Source: an uncultured Acidobacteriota bacterium (lineage in GTDB: Bacteria; Acidobacteriota; Thermoanaerobaculia; Gp7-AA8). From it: 64,000 nucleotides of DNA. Under the pieces are notes generated by a model. That model was given only the letters and a program-made list of their open reading frames with translations, did no database searches and was not told the origin of the DNA. The number at the start of each line of letters is the position of its first letter. The stretch's first letter is position 1. Position numbers and translations under genes: made by a program. The stretch spans positions 224,001-288,000 of the forward strand of contig CAVUKB010000004.1 in NCBI GenBank assembly GCA_963741955.1, in the 5' to 3' direction. This document shows positions 46,823 to 55,497 of the stretch, piece by piece.

Positions 46823-48610
46823 ATGAGCGAGACCGTCGGAGAATTCGTCATCAAGCGTCTGAATGAATGGGGCGTGAAGCGGATCTTCGGCTTCCCGGGC
46901 GACGGAATCAACGGCCTCATGGGCGGCCTGGAGAAGGCCGACGGCAACATGCAGTTCATCCAGGCGCGACACGAAGAGCTCGCCGCATTCCAGGCCTGCG
47001 CTCATGCGAAGTTCTCGGGCGAGGTCGGAGTCTGCATGGCAACGTCCGGTCCCGGAGCGATCCATCTCCTCAATGGTCTTTACGATGCGAAAAAGGACCA
47101 TCAGCCCGTCGTCGCGATCGTCGGACAGCAGTCGCGTGCGGCACTCGGCGGTGACTATCAGCAGGAAGTCGACCTGATCTCTCTTTTCAAGGACGTCGCA
47201 AACGACTACGTCCACACCTGTGAGACTCCCGCACAGGCACGCACTCTCGTCGACCGGGCCATCCGGATCGCCGTCGCGCAGAAAACGGTCACGTGCATCA
47301 TCTTTCCGAACGACGTGCAGGAAGCGGAGATGGAGAAGCAACCGCGTGCACACGGCACCGTGCACACCGGAGTGGGGCTGACGGTTCCGCGTGTCATCCC
47401 TCAGGAGAAGGATCTCGAGCGTGCCGCCGAAGTGCTGAATGAAGGAAAGAAGGTCGCCATTCTCGTCGGTGCGGGCGCGCTCGATGCCACGGACGAAGTG
47501 ATGGAGATCGCGGACGTCCTCGGCGCAGGCGTGGCGAAGGCACTCCTGGGGAAGGCCGTCCTTCCGGATGATCTCCCTTACGTCACCGGCGCGATCGGCC
47601 TCCTCGGGACGATGCCGAGTTGGACGCTCATGAACGAATGCGACACGCTCCTGATGATCGGCTCGAGTTTTCCATACTCGGAGTTTCTCCCCGAGGAGGG
47701 AAAGGCGAAGGGAGTCCAGATCGACATCCAGCCGCGCATGCTGGGTCTCCGCTTCCCGATGGACGTCAACCTGGTCGGAGATTCGAAACTCACTCTGAAG
47801 GAGTTGATCCCGAGGCTGAAGCGTAAGGAAGATCGTTCCTGGCGTGAGCAGATCGAAAAGGAAGTGACGACCTGGTGGAAGATTCTCGAGGACCGCGCGA
47901 TGAATTCGGCGAATCCGATCAATCCGCAGCGCGTCTTCTGGGAGCTCTCGCCGCGCATTCCCGACGACGCGATCCTCACGTCGGATTCGGGATCTGCGGC
48001 GAACTGGTATGCCCGCGACATCAAGGTGCGGCGCGGGATGATGGCTTCGCTCTCCGGAAACCTCGCCACTATGGGTCCGGGCGTTCCGTACGTCATCGCA
48101 GCGAAGTTCGCGTTTCCCAACCGCATGGCCATCGCGATGGTCGGCGACGGCGCCATGCAGATGAACGGGATCAACGGGTTGATCACCGTCTCGAAGTTCT
48201 GGAAAGAATGGAGCAATCCGGGGCTGATCGTCCTCGTCCTGAAGAACCAGGACCTCAACCAGGTCACCTGGGAGCAGCGGGTCCTCGCCGGCGACACGAA
48301 GTACAAACCCTCCCAGGACGTACCGGACTTCAAATATGCCGAATACGCCGAGTCCCTCGGGTTGAAAGGGATCGTGATGAAAACTCCGGAAGACATCGCC
48401 CCCGGGTGGGACGAAGCGTTCCGCGCCGACCGCCCCGTCGTCGTCGAAGCGTGGACCGATCCGGAAGTCCCGCCGCTTCCGCCGCACATCAAGTGGGAGC
48501 AGGCGAAGCACTTCGCGATGGCCACACTCAAGCGCGACCCGCACGCGATGCGCATGGTGCGCCAGTCGCTGAAGGACATGTCGTCGAACTGGAAACACGG
48601 GAAAATCTGA
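46823..48610 (+). CDS. Thiamine-diphosphate-dependent enzyme, pyruvate oxidase/PoxB-like
   Basis: FGFPGDGING, ARHEE, TSGPGAIHLLNGLYDA, GDGAMQMNG. Confidence 0.92.
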   Translation: MSETVGEFVIKRLNEWGVKRIFGFPGDGINGLMGGLEKADGNMQFIQARHEELAAFQACAHAKFSGEVGVCMATSGPGAIHLLNGLYDAKKDHQPVVAIVGQQSRAALGGDYQQEVDLISLFKDVANDYVHTCETPAQARTLVDRAIRIAVAQKTVTCIIFPNDVQEAEMEKQPRAHGTVHTGVGLTVPRVIPQEKDLERAAEVLNEGKKVAILVGAGALDATDEVMEIADVLGAGVAKALLGKAVLPDDLPYVTGAIGLLGTMPSWTLMNECDTLLMIGSSFPYSEFLPEEGKAKGVQIDIQPRMLGLRFPMDVNLVGDSKLTLKELIPRLKRKEDRSWREQIEKEVTTWWKILEDRAMNSANPINPQRVFWELSPRIPDDAILTSDSGSAANWYARDIKVRRGMMASLSGNLATMGPGVPYVIAAKFAFPNRMAIAMVGDGAMQMNGINGLITVSKFWKEWSNPGLIVLVLKNQDLNQVTWEQRVLAGDTKYKPSQDVPDFKYAEYAESLGLKGIVMKTPEDIAPGWDEAFRADRPVVVEAWTDPEVPPLPPHIKWEQAKHFAMATLKRDPHAMRMVRQSLKDMSSNWKHGKI

Positions 48611-48800
48611 AAGACATCGAGGATCTGAGAAGCATCGAGGATCTTGTATCGAGGATCGAGGATCTGAGAACCGAGGATCGAGGATCGAGGATCTGAGAAC
48701 CGAGGATCGAGGATCGAGGATTGAGGATCTGACAAGCATCGAGGATCGAGGATCTGAGAAGCATCGAGGAAGCATCGAGCCTCTATCCTCGAGCCTCGAC
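48611..48800. repeat. GAGGATC composite array beginning at the stop codon
   Basis: TGA-AAGACATC GAGGATC TGAGAAGCATC (GAGGATC)n; same family as the arrays at 7511 and 44757. Confidence 0.9.
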
Positions 48801-48808
48801 ATCCGCAC

Positions 48809-49909
48809 ATGATGAACAATCCCACCATCGACGACGTATCCGTCACCGCGTACACAGTTCCGACTGCGACGGAGCAGGAGTCGGACGGGACGCTGCAGTG
48901 GGACTCGACGACGATCGTGATCGTCGAGCTCTCCGCCGGCGGGAAGAGCGGAATCGGCTACAGTTACACCCACACCGCCGCAGCGGATCTGATCGAGAAG
49001 AAGCTCGCGAAGTACGTGAAGGGGTGCAGTGCATTCGACATCAACGGCATCTGGCTGAAGATGGTCGAAGAGATCCGCAACCTCGGCCGCCCCGGCATCT
49101 GCTCGAATGCGATCTCCGCCGTCGACAACGCTCTGTGGGATCTGAAGGCGAAGCTCTACGACACGTCCGTGCTCGACCTCATCGGTGCAGTGCACGAGAG
49201 TGTCGCCGCATACGGCAGCGGAGGGTTCTGCAGCTATACCGTCGAGCAGCTGCAGGAGCAGCTGGGAGGATGGGCCGCCGAGGGGTTCGGTCAGGTGAAG
49301 ATGAAGGTGGGGCGGAAGCCGGAGGAGGATCTCGACCGCGCGCGTGCTGCTCGCGAAGCGATCGGTCCGGCCGTTCACCTCTACGTCGATGCAAATGGCG
49401 CTTACCGGCGCAAGGAGGCGCTCGATTTCGCGCGCCGCTATCGGGAGCTTGGAGTCACGTGGTTCGAGGAGCCGGTCTCGTCGGACGACCTGAAGGGGCT
49501 GCGCCTGATCCGCGACCAGGGTCCTCCCGGCCTCGATGTCGCGGCGGGGGAGTACGGGTACGACATCTTCTACTTCAACGAAATGCTCGATGCAGGCGCG
49601 GTGGACGTCCTGCAGGCGGACGCGACACGCTGCGCCGGCATTACCGGATTCCTCCAGGCGGCGACACTCTGCGAGGCGCGATCCATGCCGTTCTCGGCGC
49701 ATACCGCGCCCACCATTCACGCGCACGCGATGTGCGCGATCCGGAAGGCGATGAACGTCGAGTACTTCTTCGATCACTACCGTATCGAGCAGATGTTCTT
49801 CGATGGTGCGATCCGCGCGGAAGGGGGCCGTCTCACGCCGGACCGATCCCGTCCCGGGTTCGGAATCGCGCTGAAACGGAAGGACGCTGAACCGTATCGG
49901 GTAGCGTGA
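48809..49909 (+). CDS. Mandelate racemase/muconate lactonizing (enolase superfamily) protein
   Basis: SAVDNALWDLKAK, KMK, YVDANG, WFEEP, AAGEY, SAH. Confidence 0.92.
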   Translation: MMNNPTIDDVSVTAYTVPTATEQESDGTLQWDSTTIVIVELSAGGKSGIGYSYTHTAAADLIEKKLAKYVKGCSAFDINGIWLKMVEEIRNLGRPGICSNAISAVDNALWDLKAKLYDTSVLDLIGAVHESVAAYGSGGFCSYTVEQLQEQLGGWAAEGFGQVKMKVGRKPEEDLDRARAAREAIGPAVHLYVDANGAYRRKEALDFARRYRELGVTWFEEPVSSDDLKGLRLIRDQGPPGLDVAAGEYGYDIFYFNEMLDAGAVDVLQADATRCAGITGFLQAATLCEARSMPFSAHTAPTIHAHAMCAIRKAMNVEYFFDHYRIEQMFFDGAIRAEGGRLTPDRSRPGFGIALKRKDAEPYRVA

Positions 49910-50050
49910 GAAGTCTGCCGGCTTACACGAATATCCGCCTCATCCCGAGCCCGCCTCTGAAACCTCCGCGCCGTCCGGAACGACACCTGCACAGACTTCT
50001 GATGCGGCCTGTGCTTCGCGCGTGGCCTCAACTCAGGTCTGGAGGATGCA

Positions 50051-52945
50051 ATGTTCAAATTGGGAACGAGCAGCGTCGCCGTCGATGCGGAGTCACTCGA
50101 GTCGGAGCTTCGCGAGATCATTGAAGGCGAGGTCCGGTTCGACAACGGGAGCCGCGCGATGTACTCGGTCGACGCGTCGAACTACCAGCAGATTCCGATC
50201 GGGGTGGTGATTCCCGGATCGACGGAAGACATCATTCAGACCATCCGTCTCGCGCGCCGCTGGGGCGCTCCGGTCCTCTCACGCGGCGGCGGAACCAGCC
50301 TCGCCGGACAATGCTGCAACGTCGCGGTGGTCATGGACCACTCGAAGTACTACAACCGCATCCTCGAGCTGAACGCGAAAGAGCAGTACGCGATCGTCGA
50401 GCCCGGCTGCGTCCTCGACGACCTGCGCGACAAAGCCGAGCAGCACCATCTCACTTTCGGCCCCGACCCCGCCACGCACAACCGCTGCACGCTCGGCGGA
50501 ATGCTCGGCAACGACTCCTGCGGCCCGCACTCGGTGATGGCCGGCCGCACCGCCGACAATGTTCAGGAGCTGGAGATCGTCACGTACGACGGCCTGCGGA
50601 TGAAAGTCGGTCCCACGCCGGAAGACGAGCTGCAGAAGATCATCGAGATGGGAGGTCGCCGAGGCGAGATCTACCGCCGGATGCGCGATCTGCGCGATCG
50701 CTTCGGTGACGAGATCCGAAAGCGCTACCCCGACATTCCACGCCGCGTCTCGGGTTACAACCTCGACGAGCTTCTCCCGGAGAAAGGATTCAACGTCGCA
50801 CGCGCGCTGGTGGGAAGCGAAGGGACGCTCGTCACCATCCTCAACGCGAAGCTCCGGCTGATTCCGAGTCCTCCGGCACGAGCGCTCCTCGTTCTCGGGT
50901 ACGACAGCGTCTTCAGCGCCGGCGATCACATCCCCGACGTCATGGAGACCGGGCCGACCGCGTGTGAAGGAATCGACGACCGGCTCACCGAGTACATGCG
51001 GAAGAAGGATTTCCACGTGGAGTACCTGAAGTACCTGCCGGAAGGGAAGGGGTGGCTCCTCGTCGAGTACGGTGGCGAGACACGCGAGGAAGCGCAGCAG
51101 AAAGCGCGAGAAGCGATGGAAAAGCTCGAGAACACCGACCATCCTCCGGCGATGGAGCTCTACGACGACAAAGACAAAGAGGAGCACGTCTGGCAGGTCC
51201 GTGAGTCGGGACTCGGCGCAACAGCATTCGTCCCCGGGATTCCCGATGCCTGGCCCGGATGGGAAGACTCCGCAGTTCCCCCCGACCGGGTCGGCGATTA
51301 CCTTCGCGAATTCCGGAAGAAGCTGGACGAATACGGTTACCAGTGCTCGCTCTATGGACACTTCGGACAGGGCTGCATTCATACCCGGATCGACTTCGAC
51401 CTCCGGGGGAATGAAGGCCTCACGAAGTACCGGAAGTTCGTCGACGAAATGGCGGACATCGTGGTCTCCTTCAACGGCTCTCTCTCCGGCGAGCACGGCG
51501 ACGGTCAGGCGCGCGCCGCACTTCTCCCGAAGATGTTCGGCGAAGATCTCGTCGGAGCGTTTCGCGACTTCAAGAAGATCTGGGATCCGGAGTGGAAGAT
51601 GAACCCGGGCAAGGTGGTCGACGCATACGACATCACGGAGAACCTTCGACTCGGGACCGATTACGAACCGTGGGAGCCCGAGACCGGGTTCGCGTATCCC
51701 GAAGACCACTTCAACTTCGCGCGTGCGACGCTCCGCTGCGTCGGGGTCGGCAAGTGCCGTCGCAAGAGCGGCGGAACGATGTGCCCGAGCTACATGGTCA
51801 CCCACGAGGAGAAGCACACCACGCGCGGCCGGGCGCATCTTCTCTTCGAGATGCTGAACGGCAAGGTGATCACCGACGGCTGGAGATCGGAAGAGGTGAA
51901 GGAGTCGCTCGATCTCTGTCTCGCGTGTAAAGGATGCAAGGGCGACTGCCCGGTGGACGTCGACATCGCGACTCTCAAGGCGGAGTTTCTCTCCCACTAC
52001 TACAAAGGAAAGATCCGTCCCCGATCCGCCTATGCGTTCGGTCTGATCATGTACTGGGCGCGGATCGCTTCGAAGATGCCGAACGTGGTGAACTTCCTCG
52101 CCGAGACACCGCCGTTTTCCGGCATCGCGAAGAAGCTCGCCGGCATGCCGGAGGAGCGCGAGATTCCGAAGTTCGCGCCGCGTACGTTCAAGGAGTGGTT
52201 TGCGAACCGCGATCTCTACAACCTCGGCGGACCGAAGGTGATCCTCTGGCCGGACACCTTCAACAACCACTTCCACCCGCACATCGCACGCGCCGCGGTC
52301 ACGGTTCTCGAGTCGGGCGGCTACAACGTGATCGTGCCGATGCAGAAGCTCTGCTGCGGCCGGCCTCTCTACGACTACGGCTTCCTCGATCTCGCGAAGA
52401 AGCTTCTCCGCCAGATCATGCGGACCCTCCGGAACGAGATCCGGGCCGGCATTCCGATCGTCGGCCTCGAGCCGAGTTGCGTCTCCGTCTTTCGCGACGA
52501 ATTGAAGGGAATGTTTCCGAACGACGAGGATGCGAAGCGTCTCAACAAGCAGGTCTACACTCTCTCGGAGTTCCTGGAGAACAACGAGGAGCGCTTCCGC
52601 TTTCCGCGCCTGGAACGGAAAGCCGTGGTTCACGGGCATTGCCATCACAAGTCGATTCTCGGGATGAACCCCGAGGAGGAGATCTTCAGGAAGATCGGCC
52701 TGGACGCCGATCTGGTCGACTCCGGATGCTGCGGCATGGCGGGATCGTTCGGCTTCGAAGAGGACAAGTACGACGTTTCGATCGCCTGCGGCGAGCGAGT
52801 GCTCCTTCCGAAGGTGCGCGAGACTCCGGAGGAGGAGATCCTCATCGCGGATGGGTTCAGCTGCCACGAGCAGGTGCGCCAGCAGACCGGCCGGCAGACG
52901 CTGCATCTCGCAGAAGTGTTGCAATTGGCCCTTCGTCAGAGGTAA
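50051..52945 (+). CDS. FAD-binding and Fe-S cluster oxidoreductase (GlcD/GlcF fusion, YdiJ-like)
   Basis: RGGGTSLAGQ, GSEGTL, SGEHGDG, CVGVGKC, CLACKGC, CCG repeats. Confidence 0.93.
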   Translation: MFKLGTSSVAVDAESLESELREIIEGEVRFDNGSRAMYSVDASNYQQIPIGVVIPGSTEDIIQTIRLARRWGAPVLSRGGGTSLAGQCCNVAVVMDHSKYYNRILELNAKEQYAIVEPGCVLDDLRDKAEQHHLTFGPDPATHNRCTLGGMLGNDSCGPHSVMAGRTADNVQELEIVTYDGLRMKVGPTPEDELQKIIEMGGRRGEIYRRMRDLRDRFGDEIRKRYPDIPRRVSGYNLDELLPEKGFNVARALVGSEGTLVTILNAKLRLIPSPPARALLVLGYDSVFSAGDHIPDVMETGPTACEGIDDRLTEYMRKKDFHVEYLKYLPEGKGWLLVEYGGETREEAQQKAREAMEKLENTDHPPAMELYDDKDKEEHVWQVRESGLGATAFVPGIPDAWPGWEDSAVPPDRVGDYLREFRKKLDEYGYQCSLYGHFGQGCIHTRIDFDLRGNEGLTKYRKFVDEMADIVVSFNGSLSGEHGDGQARAALLPKMFGEDLVGAFRDFKKIWDPEWKMNPGKVVDAYDITENLRLGTDYEPWEPETGFAYPEDHFNFARATLRCVGVGKCRRKSGGTMCPSYMVTHEEKHTTRGRAHLLFEMLNGKVITDGWRSEEVKESLDLCLACKGCKGDCPVDVDIATLKAEFLSHYYKGKIRPRSAYAFGLIMYWARIASKMPNVVNFLAETPPFSGIAKKLAGMPEEREIPKFAPRTFKEWFANRDLYNLGGPKVILWPDTFNNHFHPHIARAAVTVLESGGYNVIVPMQKLCCGRPLYDYGFLDLAKKLLRQIMRTLRNEIRAGIPIVGLEPSCVSVFRDELKGMFPNDEDAKRLNKQVYTLSEFLENNEERFRFPRLERKAVVHGHCHHKSILGMNPEEEIFRKIGLDADLVDSGCCGMAGSFGFEEDKYDVSIACGERVLLPKVRETPEEEILIADGFSCHEQVRQQTGRQTLHLAEVLQLALRQR

Positions 52946-52987
52946 AAGGCCGCGGGCGATGCGGATTCGAGGTGTGGCCCCCGACGC

Positions 52988-53710
52988 ATGAAGACGATCG
53001 ACGAGGAAGAGGATCTCGGAACCGCACCGAAGGCGGCGCGCTGGTTCACCATCGGATTGATCGTGATCGCGGTCGCTGCGGTCACCGTCGCCTTCATCGG
53101 GCAGCGGCAGGGATGGATCGACGTTGCCGCGATTGCGAAATGGGTCCGCAGTGTGGGCGGAACGTGGTGGGCCCCTCTCGCATTCGTCGGACTCTTCGCG
53201 GTGTTCAACGTCCTCGCCCTTCCGGGCACCATCCTCACCATCACCGCGGGAATCGTCTGGGGATGGGTTCTCGGCGGGACCTACGCCTGGATCGGTGGCC
53301 TGATCGGAAACCTGGTTCCGTACTATCTCGCGAGGAGAGGCGCCCCGTGGATCGAAGAAGCGGTCCTCTCCGGGCGCCGCCGGCAGAAGATTCTCGAGAG
53401 ACTGCGGCGTCAGGGATTCACATCACTTCTGGTGATGCGATTGATTCCGCTGATCCCCTACAACGTTCTCAATTACGCATCGGGATTCGCGGACATCGCA
53501 TTCCGCGACTACTTCTTCGCCACCGCGATCGGCCGTGCGCCCGGCTCCTACATCTACGCGTTCTTCGCCGATGCGATCACCAGCCATCTTATGAGCCAGC
53601 AGGGGGCGATGGTCCGCATCCTCATCGCGGGGGCAATCCTCGTCGCGCTCGTCCTCACGACGCAGTTTCTCGCCCGCCGCTGGCGGCAGCGCGAGAAACT
53701 GGACGAGTGA
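52988..53710 (+). CDS. TVP38/TMEM64 (DedA/VTT) membrane protein
   Basis: LPGTILTITAG, MRLIPLIPYNVLNYASG, multiple TM segments. Confidence 0.9.
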   Translation: MKTIDEEEDLGTAPKAARWFTIGLIVIAVAAVTVAFIGQRQGWIDVAAIAKWVRSVGGTWWAPLAFVGLFAVFNVLALPGTILTITAGIVWGWVLGGTYAWIGGLIGNLVPYYLARRGAPWIEEAVLSGRRRQKILERLRRQGFTSLLVMRLIPLIPYNVLNYASGFADIAFRDYFFATAIGRAPGSYIYAFFADAITSHLMSQQGAMVRILIAGAILVALVLTTQFLARRWRQREKLDE

Positions 53711-53740
53711 CCCCACCTCGTTCGATGCAAGGCGGCATAT

Positions 53741-54020
53741 GTGAGTCGGGCGTCCCGCCCGATGCAGGACGGTATCTGTGGGTTGGACGTCCCGTCCGAT
53801 GCAGGGCGGCGTCCCGCGCCGGCCTGCCCGGGGCAAGTTACGACGATCCTTCCGAGTAGAGAGCCACGAACGTACCGCCGCGCGAGAGGAACGATCCGCG
53901 CTTCGTTGAGGTCATCGCGCCCCGGCAGGAATGCCGGGGCGCCTCGCACAGGATGTGCGACCCACTGTGGGTTCGGCGTCCTCGCCCGATGCAGGCGGCG
54001 TCCCGCGCGCCGCCCTGTCC
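53741..54020. repeat. Cluster of REP-like hairpins
   Basis: Three copies of GTG(A/G)G-T-[GGGCG-TCC-CGCCC-like hairpin]-GATGCAGG at about 53741, 53778 and 53967. Confidence 0.7.
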
Positions 54021-54071
54021 GGCGGCCATGCAACGACACTCGCACCACGCATACAGACTCGAACCACTCTG

Positions 54072-55472
54072 GTGAATCTCAACGCCCCCGAGGAGTGGCG
54101 ACCGAGCGATCTCGAGGCCGGCCGTGATCCGATCCGGATCCCGCCGTCCGCATCGTCTCTGGTGTCCGGGATGTTCACCTCGATCGAAGTCGGCAGCTCC
54201 GTTCTCGAGATCCCGGGAGGGAGTCCGATCGCCCCGCAGGAGGCGAAGGTCGTCGACGCGAGCGAGTGGAGCCGGCGGGAGAATGCGGCGGCCCTGGAAG
54301 CGGTCGAGCAAATGCACGACAAGAGCCGCATGAGCTCCCTGCGGATGCGCGAGACTCTCGATCTCGCGGTCGAGTCGCTGGTCGAGCACAGTCGCTGGAA
54401 GGACGTGCTCGATCTCACCGACTGGATCGAGCCTTCGTCCAAAGGCATTCCACGCGACCTCCTCGCGAACCGTACCATCGCTCTGGTGCGAAGCCAGCGT
54501 CTCGGAGATGCGCGGGAGCTGGCTCTCGGCGGAGCGGTTCGCGACGCGATGCACCGGCAGCCCGATCCGGCATTGATCATCGATCTCGCCGAATCGATGA
54601 GCGCGGCCGGTGATTTCGAGACCGCGATCGAGCTGTACAAGCGCGCCATGAACATGGCCGACGCTCCGGACGTCTCTCAACGCCTTCGACAGCTCGAACT
54701 GCGGGAGTCGCTCGCCTCCACCGGACGCACGGTTCAGATGCGTCATTTCGACATTCGTTGTACTGCAGACGTGACCCCGCAGGCGGCACACGAGATCGGG
54801 GACATTCTCGAGAAGGAGTTGAGCCGGCTCGGCCCGACCTTCGGTGTGAGCTCGTTCCGTCCAGTGCGGGTGAACGTCCTCGGGTGGGGAAAATTCGTCA
54901 CCCGTCTCACGTTGAATACCGACGTCCTCGGCTTCTACGACGGAGACATCACGGTCCCGCTGGCGAGCGTTTCACAATTTACTCCGGAGATCGTGAATAT
55001 CCTCACCCACGAGCTCACTCACGCCGTGATCGCTCAGGCCTCGAACGACAGCGCTCCTCGCTGGTTCCAGGAAGGCGTCGCGGAGCGTATGGAGAAGGGG
55101 GGCGGCAGACCGAACATCTTCCGTTCCCGGACGCCGGATCAGATCCTTTCCGTTTCGCTGCTCGACGCAACGATGAACCACTCGATCGATCCGGAGGCGG
55201 TCGGCGACGCATACGCCGTTGCGGATGCGTTCATTCAGTATCTCCAGACCCAGTATGGACCGGACGTGCTCCAGAAGATGATCGCCGCCTACCGCGACGG
55301 AGCGGATACGGACGAAGCTCTCAGACGGGTGACGGGCCACAGCGTGAGCGATCTCGATCGCAGCTTTCGCGACTGGGGCCGGACGGCGACGTTCGCAGGC
55401 AAGACCGAACAGAGTGAGCGTCCGCTTCTGGTGCCGGGGATTCGATTCAGCCGCGACCGCGAGAAGCAGTGA
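54072..55472 (+). CDS. TPR + gluzincin (peptidase MA-like) protein; start uncertain, possibly 5'-truncated
   Basis: THELTH zinc motif, PRWFQEGVAE, TPR-like helix (GDFETAIELYKRA). The track start at 53931 lies inside REP elements. Confidence 0.75.
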   Translation: MNLNAPEEWRPSDLEAGRDPIRIPPSASSLVSGMFTSIEVGSSVLEIPGGSPIAPQEAKVVDASEWSRRENAAALEAVEQMHDKSRMSSLRMRETLDLAVESLVEHSRWKDVLDLTDWIEPSSKGIPRDLLANRTIALVRSQRLGDARELALGGAVRDAMHRQPDPALIIDLAESMSAAGDFETAIELYKRAMNMADAPDVSQRLRQLELRESLASTGRTVQMRHFDIRCTADVTPQAAHEIGDILEKELSRLGPTFGVSSFRPVRVNVLGWGKFVTRLTLNTDVLGFYDGDITVPLASVSQFTPEIVNILTHELTHAVIAQASNDSAPRWFQEGVAERMEKGGGRPNIFRSRTPDQILSVSLLDATMNHSIDPEAVGDAYAVADAFIQYLQTQYGPDVLQKMIAAYRDGADTDEALRRVTGHSVSDLDRSFRDWGRTATFAGKTEQSERPLLVPGIRFSRDREKQ

Positions 55473-55497
55473 GCGTACGCGCCGCGGAAGCGTCGTC

